Below, one piece after another: positions 52,833-64,000 of a stretch of 64,000 nt of DNA. The stretch covers positions 248,001 through 312,000 of the forward strand of contig NC_086097.1 of NCBI RefSeq assembly GCF_963921235.1. Reading direction: 5' to 3'. The stretch is from Mobula hypostoma (lineage: Eukaryota). The translations under genes were made by a program, and so were the position numbers. The first letter of the stretch is position 1. Every line of letters begins with the position of its first letter. A model generated the notes under the pieces. It was given only the letters and a program-made list of their open reading frames with translations. It had not been told where the DNA came from and did not search any database.

Positions 52833-52941
52833 ATACTGGATGTATAACTATTTCACAGTATATCTTGTTGGATCCTATCCTAATGTTCTTTATTCTGGGA
52901 GCAGTCCTGTGCATGCTGAAGTTCAATGCCATGAAGGGCAG
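52833..52941 (+). CDS. POMT2: POMT2 internal coding exon (equivalent to human exon 5), 109 nt: (D)[35 protein letters not shown](R)
   Basis: Acceptor ttttgtttttcttggcag and donor GCAG|gtaagt. Phase 1 start matches the previous exon (G|AT = Asp). Contains the [14 protein letters not shown] motif of POMT2. Not shown in the ORF track. Confidence 0.95.
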
Positions 52942-53105
52942 GTAAGTATAAATCATCCATAAATCTGATGAAGTGCATGATAAATATGCCACATGGGGTT
53001 TTTACCACACAAAAAAATAGTTTTTGCTTGATATCTTTTAACCGAGCAGAAGATCGAAAGTCAATGGATTTTACTTTTCATCCCATCAGCCAACACATTG
53101 AGCAT

Positions 53106-53290
53106 CAAACAAGAGAAAATCTGCTGATGCTGGAAATCTAAGCAACACACACAAAAAGCTGGAGGAATTCAGCAGGTCAGGCAGCATCTACGGAAAAAGT
53201 CCTGCCAAAGGGTCTCGGCTTGAAACATCAACTGTTTTCCATAGATGCTGCCTGGCCTGCTGAGTTCCTCCAGCATTTTGTGTGTGTTGC
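53106..53290. repeat. Fold-back PLE module: ~56-bp inverted arms enclosing a degenerate hammerhead
   Basis: Arms 53142-53197 and 53235-53290; loop agtc ctgccaa agggtctcggctt gaaa catc aactg. Confidence 0.82.
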
Positions 53291-53334
53291 AATGCATTCA
53301 GCATATCAATTTTCATAATTTACACCAGCTACAA

Positions 53335-53515
53335 TGTGATCCCATCACCTCTCCACGGCTCCCTGGTCTGTTCATCCCTCTCTATACCCTGGCACTTTTC
53401 CTTCAATGGTAGCAGGTGCTATATCTGTCCCTGCACTTCCTCCCTCACCACCATCCAGGATCCTAAACTGCCCTTCCAGGAGACACAGAGATTCACACGC
53501 ATCCCCTCTGACCTT
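53335..53515 (+). mobile_element. Old PLE remnant (region preceding the GIY-YIG motif)
   Basis: SRCYICPCTSSLTTIQDPKLPFQETQRFT matches NKCYTCPYTSSLTTIQGPKQSFQLRQHFT in ORF 32755-33399. Confidence 0.7.
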
Positions 53516-54081
53516 GTTGCTTATTGGTTGTTTTTTCATTGTTATTGTCACATATACAGTGGAAAGTGTTTGAGTTTCATCCGGACAGATCATGCCATAC
53601 TTGAGTCTTAAGAATATAGTGTAACAGAGAAAGTACAATGTGTGTAAACAAATTACATGAGATTAGCTGGATATGTGAAGGACTTTGACAAAGTATTGCA
53701 CATGAGGCTGCTAAGTAAGTTGAGCTCAAGGCAAGATGCTCAAATGGATGGAAGACTTGCTGTCTGGCAGGAAGTAGAGAATGGGGATAAAGATGTTCTT
53801 TTTAGGATTGGTGCCTGGGCTCGGTGATGGGATCACAGTTTTTCATGTTACACGTTAGTGATCTGAACGACAGAACTGAAGGCATTGTGGTCAAGTTTAG
53901 TTGATTGGAGTACTGTGTAGACACAACAGGAGTGTTCCTATGCACGTCCAACAAAAAGCTTGAAAAAGTAGTAAGTTTTTAAATGGTACTTGTTGATTGG
54001 AGTACTACGCAGATGTAACAGCAGCATTCCCACGGAGGTCCGACAAGGAGCATTTAAAAACCCAGTTTCCATAAAAGAGAG

Positions 54082-55030
54082 GTGTGGTTCGTCCATCATC
54101 GTCGATGAAGACCTCGACACCATTAGTCACTTTGAGACTGGATGCGGTGTGTCCGAAGATGACTGGTCAGGCCAATTCAGGCACGGAATATCCTGGCTCA
54201 TGTTGGGCAGACGTGTAGGCCCTGCAGTTGTTGCGCTGGTGGCTCTGGACTTGTGCAGCTCGCGCTTATGTTGTGCTTCAGCAATGCGCCTTGCTTCGTA
54301 AGCTTGACAGCCCTTGTGGATGAGGCCGTGCCAGGTAGGGCGGTTTTGTGCCAGCATTTCCCAGGAGGTTGTGTCTATGTCAAATGACTTCAGGGAGGCC
54401 TTTTGTGTGTCTTTGTAACGTTTCTTCTGCCCTCCATGCAAGCGTCTTCCAGCAGAGAGTTCCCCAAAAAGGAGCTGCTTGAGTATGCGCTTGTCCGGCA
54501 TGCAGATGACATGACCTGCCCACCGGGTCTGTGCTCTCATCAGCAGTGTGTGGACTGATGGTAGACTTGCTCTAGAAAGAACCTTAGTGTTTGGTACTTT
54601 ATCTTGCCATCTGATGCCTAATATTCTGCGAAGACAAGTCATGTGGAAATGGTTGAGCTGTCTTGCATGTCTTCGATACACAGTCCACGTTTCACAGGCA
54701 TACGGGAGGGTAGTGAGTACCACGGCTCTGTAGACCTTCAGTTTTGTTGCTGGACTGATTCCTCGACGTTCCCATACAGTGAAGCGCAGTCTACCGAAAG
54801 CAGAACTTGCCTTTGCTATTCTGCAGTTAACTTCTGTATCAATCGTCACTGCTCGGGAGAGGGTGAGGCCAAGTAAGTAAACTGGTCCACTGCTTGTAGT
54901 TTCTGTCCTTTGACTGTGATTTTTGATTCTGTGTACGGTGCATGAGGGGCAGGCTAGTGCATGACTTCGGTCTTTTTGATGTTGATGGTGAGTCCAAAGT
55001 TGTCACAAGCCGTGGAGAATTTATCCATAA
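54082..55030 (-). mobile_element. RTE-clade LINE 3' part
   Basis: ORF 54127-54849: RIAKASSAFGRL, TKLKVYRAVVLTTLPYACETW, RWAGHV, GGQKKRYKD. Confidence 0.9.
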
Positions 55031-56190
55031 GAGAGGTACCGCCTGCTGGAGTGGTCATCGTGGGAACAGTTGTCGTCGGAGCAGTCTTGAGTCAGAGTAG
55101 TAATACTTTGGCTCAGTTTGGCTGTAGCGAGAACAGGCTTTGGCAAGGCAAGTTCATTCCTTAATTCTTATTTAACTAGAGAGAATGGAAGTATATCTGC
55201 AGAGCTGGTGTTCTGTTCTGGGTGTCAGGCAAAGGATTTCCTGGAGACTCCCAGCCTCCCCAGTGGCCACATCTGCGCCAGTTGCATCAAGATGCAGTTC
55301 CTTAGAGACTGCATTAGGGAAATGAAGCTGCATTTTGATGACCTTCAGCTTGTTAGGGAAGGTGAAGCAGTGATAGACAGGAGCTGCAGGGAGATAGTCA
55401 CCCCAAGGCACAGGAGACAGATAAATGGGTGACTGTCAGGAGAGGGAAGGGAGAACATCAGATGGTGGAGAGCACCCCTGAGGCCATGCCCCTCAACAAA
55501 AGTACTCTATTTTGAATACTGTTATGGAGGGGACAACCTGCCTGGGGGACACAACAGCGGGCGTGCCTCTGGCACTGAGTCTGGCCCTGTGGCTCAGAAG
55601 GGTAGGGAACTGAAGGAGATGGCAGCAATAATAGGGGACTATAGAGGATACACAGGCAATTCTGTGGACGTGAAAAGGAAACGTGGATTGTACACAAAAT
55701 GCTGGAGGAACTTAGCAGGCCAAGAAGCATCAAGCTAATATGGCAGGGGTTTGGGAACAAGTGTGATAGAGCTGAGGCTGAGCCAGTAAGTTTACAATTA
55801 GATGATGAGTGTAACAGGCTGCATCACTGCCTGGTATGTCTTCACAGGACTGAAAGAAGCTGCAGAGGGTTGTAAATATAGTCGGCTCCAGCATGGGTAC
55901 CAGCCTACAAAGTACCCAGAACAGCTTCAAGGAGCGGTGTCTCAGAAAGGCAGCGTCCATTATTAAGGACCTCCAGCACCCAGGACATGCCCTTTTCTCA
56001 CTGTTACCATCAGATAGGAGATGCAGAAGCCTGAACGCACACACTCAGCGATTCAGGAACAGCTTCTTCCCCTCTGCCATCCGATTCCTAAATGGACATT
56101 GAACCCATGAACACTACCTCACTTTTTTAATATATATTATTTCTGGTTTTCGCATGATTTTTAATAAATTCATATACGTATACTGTAATT

Positions 56191-58853
56191 AAGTAGAAGA
56201 AAGCCCTTAACTCCAAGTGGAGTCATCGGGACGCTGTCATGATGGCGTTTTTTCAGCAGGCTTTCTTATTTTTATGAGGCCGAGTTGCCAGCTCGATGTT
56301 CAACCCAGCACGGATGGAAAGCGTGCAAGGGAGCCAGCTGGTTTCGAACTTGGGAGCCTTCATAGAACATAAAACATAGAATAGTACAGCACAGTACAGG
56401 CCCTTCGGCCCACAATATTGTGCCGACCCTCAAACCCTGCCTCCCATATAACCACCCACCTTAAATTCCTCCATATACCTGTCTAGTGGTCTCTTAGATT
56501 TCATGAGTGTATCTGCCTCCACCACTGACTCAGGCAGTGCATTCCACGCACCAACCACTCTCTGAGTAAAAAACCTTCCTCTAATATCCCCCTTGAACTT
56601 CCCACCCCTTACCTTAAAGCCATGTCCTCTTGTATTGAGCAGCGGTGCCCTGGGGAAGAGGCGCTGGCTATCCACTCTATCTATTACTCTTATTATCTTG
56701 TACACCTCTATCATGTCTCCTCTCATCCTCCTTCTCTCTCCGAAGAGTAAAGCCCCAGCTCCCTTAATCTCTGATCTTAATGCATACTCTCTAAACCAGG
56801 CAGCATCCTGGTAAATCTCCTCTGTACCCTTTCCAATGCTTCTACATCCTTCCTATAGTGAGGCGACCAGAACTGGATACAGTACTCCAAGTGTGGCCGA
56901 ACCAGAGTTTTATAGAGCTGCATCATTACCTCGCGACTCTTAAACTCTATCCCTCGACTTAGGAAAACTAATACCCCTTAAGCTTTCTTAACACCCCTAT
57001 CTACCTGTGAGACAACTTTCAGGGATCTGTGGACATGTACCCCCAGATCCTTCTGCTCCTCGACACTACGAAGTATCCTGCCATTTACTTTGTACTCTGC
57101 CTTGGAGTTTGTCCTTCTAAAGTGTACCACCTCACACTTCTCCGGGTTGAATCCATCTGCCATTTCTCAGCCCACTTCTGCATCCTATCAATGTCTCTCT
57201 GCAATCTTTGACAATTCTCTACACTATCCACAACACCACCAACCTTTGTGTCGTTTGCAAACTTGCCAACCCACCCTTCTACCCCCACATCCAGGTCGTT
57301 AATAAAAATTACGAAAAGTAGGGTCCCTGATCCTTGTGGGACACCACTAGTCACAATCCTCCAATTCGAATGTACTCCTTCCACCGCGACCCTCTGCCTT
57401 CTGCAGGCAAGCCAATTCTGAATCCACCTGGACAAACTTCCCTGGATCCCATGCCTTCTGACTTTTTGAATAAGTCTACCATGTGGAACCTTGTCAAATG
57501 CCTTACTAAAATCCATATAGATCACATCCACTGCACTACCATCATCTAGATGCCTGGTCACCTCCTCAAAGAACTCTATCAGGTTTGTTAGACATGATCT
57601 GCCCTTCACAAAGCCATGCTGACTGTCCCTGATCAGACCATGATTCTCTAAATGCCCATAGATCCTATCTCCAAGAATCTTTTCCAACAGCTTTCCCACC
57701 ACAGACGTAAGGCTCACTGGTCTATAATTACCCGGACTATCACTACTACCTTTTTTGAACAAGGGGACAACGTTCGCCTCCCTCCAATCGTCCGGTACCA
57801 TTCCCTTGGACAACGAGGACAAAAAGATCCTCGCCAGAGGCTCAGCAATCTCTTCCCTCGCCTCGTGGAGCAGCCTGGGGAATATTCCATCAGGCCCAGG
57901 GGACTTATCCGTCCTAATGTATTTTATCAACTCAAACACCTCCTCTCCCTTTATATCAACATGCTCCAGAGCATTAACCTCACTCATATTGTCCTCACCA
58001 TCATCAAGTTCCCTCTCATTGGTGAATACCGAAGAGAAGTATTCATTGAGGATCTCGCTTACTTCCACAGCCTCCAGGCACATCTTCCCACCTTTATCTC
58101 TAATCGGTCCTACCTTCACTCCTGTCATCCTTTTGTTCTTCACATAATTGAAGAATGCCTTGGGGTTTTCCTTTACCTTACTCGCCAAGGCCTTCTCATG
58201 CCCTCTTCTTGCTCTCCTCAGCCCCTTCTTAAGCTCCTTTCTTGCTACCCTATATTCCTCAATAGACCCATCTGATCCTTGCTTCCTAAACCTCATGTAT
58301 GCTGCCTTCTTCCACCTGACTAGATTTTCCAACTCACTCTTCACCGGGACAAATTTATCCCTAACATCCTGCAAGAGATCCCTAAACATTGACCACATGT
58401 CCATAATACATTTCCCTGCAAAAACATCATCCCAATTCACACCTGCAAGTTCTAGCCTTATAGCGTCATAATTTGCCCTTCCCCAATTAAAAATTTTCCT
58501 GTCCTCTTTGATTCTGTCCTTTTCCATGATAATGCTAAAGGCCAGGGTCACTGTCCCCCAGATGCTCACCCACTGAGAGATCTGTGACCTGACCCGGTAC
58601 GTTACCTAATACTAGATCTAGTATGGCATTCCCCCTAGTCGGCCTGTCAACGTACTGTGACAGGAATCTGTCCTGGACATACTTAACAAACTCTGCCCCT
58701 TCCAAACCCTTGGAACTAATCAGGTGCCACTCAATATTAGGGAAGTTAAAGTCACCCATGATAACAACCCTGTTATTTCCAAAATCTGCCTCCCAATCTG
58801 CTCCTCGGTATCTCCGAAGTCCGGCGCTGATGCTACTGCGCCACCAACTGGCT
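56191..58853 (-). mobile_element. tRNA-derived SINE of ~215 nt in two pieces (58811-58853 and 56191-56360), split by a CR1
   Basis: Box A tggcgcagtag and box B gttcgaaac on the minus strand; ctt-rich tail; 13-bp TSD gtatactgtaatt at 56178-56190 and 58854-58866. Confidence 0.8.
56361..58810 (-). mobile_element. Young CR1, APE C-terminus through 3'UTR
   Basis: 494-aa ORF 57085-58569 with CR1 RT motifs; catagaa tail at 56361. Confidence 0.94.
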
Positions 58854-59262
58854 GTATACTGTAATTGATTTACATATTTTTTTCTTCTATATTATGTATT
58901 GCATTGAACTACTGCTGCTGCTAAGTTAACACATTTCACAACACATGCCGATGATAATAAACCTGATTCTGATCTGGAATGAATGTCGGAAGGGTCTTGG
59001 CCCAAGACATCTGCTGTAGTTTTTTCCATAGATGCTGACTGGCCTGCTGAGTTCCTCCAGCATTTTGTGTGTGTTGCTTGGATTTCCAGCATTTGCAGAT
59101 TTTCTCTTGTTCGTGAAGGAAACACGGATGGCAGTTTGCCTCCCAGGTGCCAGAGTCTGAAATATTTCTGGACGCATTCACAGTATTCTGAAAAGAGAGG
59201 GTGAGCAGCCAAAAGTTGTGGTACATAATGGTACCAATGACATAGGAGGAAAAAAGGAGAAG

Positions 59263-59655
59263 CATAGAAAACCTACAGCACAATACAGGCCCTTTGGCCC
59301 TCAATGCTGTGCTGAACATGTACTTACTTTAGAAATTACCTGGGGTTAATTTTATACATGAAACAATAAAACGTACCCTGTACATTGAACCATCAAAAAG
59401 TTGAACTATCACCACCTCAGCCGCCCAGCTGGACAGTCAGTGGCTGTTTGTCGTTGCTATAATTGCCTACTCTGAACTTATGTGGTACCAGTATGCAGTC
59501 TTTGTTCTCTACTTGTTCATTACACCATTCAGCAGGTTAGGTTTTCATCAGCGACAACCTTGGCAAACTCCAGTGAATATCGCTGTTACTTTATCACCAT
59601 AAATCTTTATAAATGTTTACTTAAATTCTGTAACCAGTCTGCTGAATATTCACAA
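59263..59655 (-). mobile_element. Candidate SINE or chimeric retroelement (copy 2), inserted in a CR1 ORF1 fragment
   Basis: Reverse complement of 41098-41508 with the same body/tail junction (59348). Confidence 0.7.
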
Positions 59656-60107
59656 AGGTAGTAATCTCAGGATTGTTGCCTGTGCCATGTGACAGCGAAG
59701 CTAGGATAGAATGAGGTGGCAGATAAATGCGTGACTGAAGAATTAGAGAGGGGACAGGGGTTCAGAGTTTTGGATTATTGAGACCTCTTCTGGGGCAGGT
59801 GGGACCTGTATAAAAGATATCAGTTGCAAATGAATCCAAGGGGGACCAATATTCTTGCAGGCATAAGAACATAAATAGGAGCAGGAGTCGGCCATCTGGC
59901 CCATCGAGCCTGCCCCTTCATTCAATAACATCATGGCTGATCTGTGCGTAAACTCAGCTCCATCTACCTGCCTTTTCTCCATAACCCTTAATTCCCTTAC
60001 TATGTAAAAACCTATCTAACTGTATCTTAAATATATTTAGTGAAGAAGCCTCAATTACTTCCCTGAGCAGAGAATTCCACAGATTCACCACTCTCTAGGA
60101 AAAACCG

Positions 60108-60600
60108 AGTGATCAACAGTACTGGGGCTCCACAGGGGACTGTCTTGTCTCCCTTTCTCTTCACCATTTACACCTCAAACTTCAACTACTGCACAGAGTC
60201 TTGTCATCTTCAGAAGTTTTCTGATGACTCTGCCATAGTTGGATACATCAGCAAGGGAGATGAGGCTGAGTACAGGGCTACGGTACGAAACTTTGTCACA
60301 TGGTGTGAGCAGGATGATCTGCATCTTAATGTGAAAAAGACTAAGGAGCTGGTGGTAGACCTGAGGAGAGCTAAGGTACCGGTAACCCCTGTTTCCATCC
60401 AGGGGGTCAGTGTGGACATGGTGGAGGATTACAGATACCTGGGGATACAAAATGGACAATAAACTGGACTGGTCAAAGAACACCGAGGCTGTCTACAAGA
60501 AGGGTCAGAGCCGTCTGTATTTCTTGAGGAGACTGAGGTCCTTTAACATCTGCCGGACGATGCTGAGGATGTTCTACGAGTCTGTGGTGGCCAGTGCGAT
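60108..60600 (+). mobile_element. Rex1/Babar RT fragment
   Basis: STGAPQGTVLSPFLFTIYT, QKFSDDSAIVG, KGQSRLYFLRRLRSFNI. Confidence 0.88.
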
Positions 60601-61954
60601 CACGTGCACCCACATGAACATTCCAAATCTTCCCCAACCAGAAGAACAAACATAAAACCATAAGAAATTGGAGCAGGAGTCGGCCATCTGGCCCATCGAG
60701 CCTGCCCCGCCATTCAATAAGATCATGGCTAATCTGTCTGTAAACTCAGTTCCATCTACCTGCCTTTTTCCCATAACCCTTAAACTACTTCCCTGGGCAG
60801 AGAATTCCACAGATTCACCATTCTCTGGGAAAAGTTTCTCTTCATCTCCATCCTAAATCTTCTCCCCTGAATCAGATTTACTCCAGCCATTTGGAGTGGT
60901 TCAAACTAACATGGCAGCGGGTTGGGAACCAGTATGATAGAGTTGAGGATGAGCTAGCAGGTTTACAAGTAGATGATGGGTGTAACATGAATATAGGAAG
61001 GACAAGCCAATGATTGGGTACAAATGCAGACAGAACAAAGAGTTAAATTGTACCACAGAGGCAAATTTCAAAAGGGTAAAGAATGCAGGACAGAAGGCGC
61101 GTACCATTCGGAATAAGGTGGACCAACTTGTGGCACAGTTAGAGATTGGTTTGTGTGATGTTGTGAGCATCATTGAGTTGTGGCTGAAGGAGGGCCACAG
61201 TTGGGAATTTAACATTGAAGGATGTACTTTGTACCAAAAGGGCAGGCAGGAGGGCATAGATGGTGGTGTGGCTCTGTTGGTGAGAGACTGAACTTAGAAA
61301 AAGGTGACGTGGGGTCAGAGAATGTTGAATCTTTGTGGGTGGAGTTGAGAAATTGCAAGGATAAAAAAAAATTATGGGAATCGTATATAGGCCTTCACAT
61401 AGTAGCCAGGATATGGGGTTGAGGTTGCAAAGGGAACTGGAAAAGGCATGTAATAAGGGTAATGACATAATTGTAATGGGGGACGACAATTTGCAAGGGG
61501 ATTGGAAAAATCAGGTTGGTGTCGGATTGCAAGAGAAGGAACTTGTTGAATGCCTACAATATGGCTTTTTTAGAGCAGTTTGTGCTTGAGCCTTCTTAGG
61601 GAAAGGTATCTTAGATTAGGTGTTGCGTAATAATCCAGATTTTATTAGTCAGTTTATCATAAAGGAACCCTTAGCAGGCAGTGATCATAACAGGATTGAA
61701 TTCATACTGCAATTTGAGAGGGAGAAGCATAAGTCACATGTATCATGGAGCTATGGTGTTGTGGCCATTACAGAGAGTTGGATGGTGCAGGGGCAGGAAT
61801 GGCTATTTCAAGTGCCAGGCTTTAGATGTTTCAGAAAGGACAGGGAGGGAGGCAAAGAGGTGGGGGTGTGGCAGTGTTGATCAGAGATAGTGTCATGGCT
61901 GCAGAAAAGGAGGAAGTTATGGAGGGGTTGTCTACGGAGTCTCTGTGGGTGAAA

Positions 61955-62379
61955 GTTAATACACCATATGCAATTAACTGATTGAACTTTATAAATCTTA
62001 ATCTGAATATAGGGTTAGTAAAGAAAATAAAAAGAAAAAGGCCCCATTTTAAGAGAAAAGTCAGAAGTGCACGTTGGCACTCATAAATACAGCCATTCAT
62101 CAACCATCAACCTCTTCCAAGCGTCATCTACCTTCAGACCCTCGCTCCCGGTCCACTCCGTCCAGTGGTCTACCAGCTGTCTCCGTACGTGTCTTCCTTC
62201 TTCTCCTCTTGCTGACCAAAGACCGCGAAAATCTCTCTTCCAAACTCACAAGAAACAACAGCATGTCTCATTGGATAGGCCCCCCCACATTCCAAGCCCT
62301 GTTATCTCCAGTCATAACCCAAACATTGCTGCTACAGAGAAACCATTACATTAGCAGTGAAACCTTACAGCGTGCTACA
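61955..62379. mobile_element. Probable partial LTR
   Basis: Composition and layout resemble the solo LTR at 28975 (A-rich block, pyrimidine block, cattgg, ending ...taca). No left terminus or TSD seen. Confidence 0.4.
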
Positions 62380-64000
62380 TCTATGTATCTTTATCTTATG
62401 GACAAGTCTTTTATGCACTTTATCGAACGCCTTCTGGAAATCCAAGTAAATAATGTCCATCTGTTCCCCTTTATGCACTGTGCTCATTATATCCTCAAAG
62501 AACTCCAGTAAGTTTGCCAAACAGGACCTGCCTTTGCTGAATCCATGTTGCGTCTGCCTGATGAATCCATTGCTTTCCAGATGCCTCGCAATTTCTTTAA
62601 AGATAGCTTCAAGCATTTTCCCAACTACAGATGTTAAACTAACTGGCCTAGTTACCTGCCTTTTGTTTACATCTTTTTTTGAACAGAATCAGAATCAGGT
62701 TTATTATTACCAGCATGTGACATGAAATTTGTCTCACAGTGGCATGACATTCGCCGTCTTCCAATCCGTTGGGACCTGCCCAGAGTCCTGAGAATTTTGG
62801 TAAATTATCACCAAAGCCTCTACTATAACTTCTGCCATTTCTTTCAATACCCTTGGATGCATTCATCAGGTCCAGGGGACTTTACTCTTTTCAGGCCCAC
62901 AAGTTTACTCAGCACTACCTCTTTAGTGATAGCTACTGTATCGAGGTCCTCATCTCCTATTGGATCCATAACATCTCTCTTTGGCATGTTAGACGTGTCC
63001 TCCACCGTGAAGACCGACACATAATAGTCATTCAAAGCCTCTGCCATTTCCTCATTACCCAATGTCAATTCCCCCTTCTCGTCCTTCAAGGAACCTACAT
63101 TCACTTTAGCCACCCTTTTCTGCTTTATATAATAAAAAGTTTTACTATCTTTTTTTTATATTTTGTGCTCATTTATTTTCATAAACTAGCTTCCCTTTCT
63201 TTATTGCTCACTTTGTGAGCAATAAAGTTTTAAAGTTTTCTCAATTTTCCAGTTACCCACAATCCTTGGCGACTTTGTAACCATGAATGGTTCAGCACAG
63301 CCAAGAAGGGCCAAAAGGCCTGTTTCTGTGCTGTAGTTTTTCTATGGTTTCTATGAGCTTTTAGTTTGATGCCTTCTTTTATTTCCTTAGTTTCCAAGGC
63401 TGGCTCTCCCCACTTTCACTGTCCTTGCTTTCAACTGGAATATACTTTTGTTGAGCACCGTGAAAAATCTCTGAAAGTCTTCCACTGTTCCTCAACTGTC
63501 CCACCATATAGCCTGTGTTCCCAGTCTACACTAGCCAAATCCTCCGTCATCCCATTGTAGTCTCCATTGTTCAGGCATAATACAGAATCAGAATCAGGTT
63601 TATAAACACTGGCAGGTGTCGTGAAATTTGTGAACTTAGCAGCAGTAGTTCAGTGCAAAACATACAGAAGAAGAAAAAGAAATAATAAGTATATGAATAA
63701 GACCATAAGACAAAGGAGCAGAAGTCGGCCATTCGGCCCATCGAGTCTGCTCCGCAATTTTATTATGAGCTGATCTATTCTCCCATTTAGTCCCACTCCC
63801 CTGCCTTCTCACCATAACCATTGAGGCCCTGGCTACTCAGATACTTATCACTCTCTGCCTTAAATACACCCAATGACTTGACCTCCACTGCTGCCCGTGG
63901 CAACAAATTCCATAGATTCACCACCCTCTGGCTAAAAAAATTTCTTCGCATTTCTGTTCTGAATGGGAGCCCTTCAACCCTTAAGTCATGCCCTCTTGTA
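62380..64000 (-). mobile_element. CR1 fragments (RT region and a separate 3' end at ~63697-64000)
   Basis: QTQHGFSKGRSCLANLLEFF, EALNDYYVSVFT; the 3'UTR matches 49251-49550. Confidence 0.87.

Larger units (their letters stand above)
55815..58980 (+). mobile_element. Rex1/Babar 3' end (55815-56190 and 58854-58980) split by a SINE and a CR1
   Basis: RKAASIIKDLQHPGHALFSLLPS...FRNSFFPSAIRFLN; 3'UTR resumes after the TSD and ends aataaacctgattctgat. Confidence 0.82.

Noticed and set aside
58811..58853. tRNA-like sequence
   Set aside because: No complete cloverleaf; it is the head of a split SINE.
52942..64000. Next POMT2 exon (expected PFS.PWW..L.LTG-like sequence)
   Set aside because: Not found by eye; it probably lies beyond the window.

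Overview
Eukaryotic (vertebrate) genomic DNA. The repeat landscape suggests a cartilaginous fish, probably a ray (inference). The only host gene I can support is POMT2 (protein O-mannosyltransferase 2) on the + strand: four internal coding exons (85, 105, 109 and 109 nt, all with AG/GT boundaries, equivalent to human exons 2-5) separated by 10-19 kb introns. Exon 1 and exons 6 onward were not found in the window. Nearly all the rest is a deeply nested mosaic of mobile elements: many CR1 LINEs (some nearly intact), Rex1/Babar, RTE, HERO and L1 fragments, Penelope-like elements (PLEs), Tc1/mariner and hAT elements and MITEs, a solo LTR and several SINE-like elements. Almost every ORF in the track is a TE remnant or its antisense shadow. 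The most interesting signals are: (1) about 14 loci carrying a PLE 3' module whose consensus contains a minimal type I hammerhead ribozyme (CUGAnGA...GAAA-CG-UC), several inserted as stand-alone 80-190 nt units with target-site duplications and three as fold-back pairs; (2) an unrecognised ~320 nt body joined to the CR1 3'UTR at the same junction in two copies (candidate SINE); (3) an RTE-tailed non-autonomous element with a matching RTE LINE in the same window; (4) a twin-priming-type inverted PLE joined in frame to an L1 fragment. All calls were made by eye; TE boundaries without a stated TSD are approximate.
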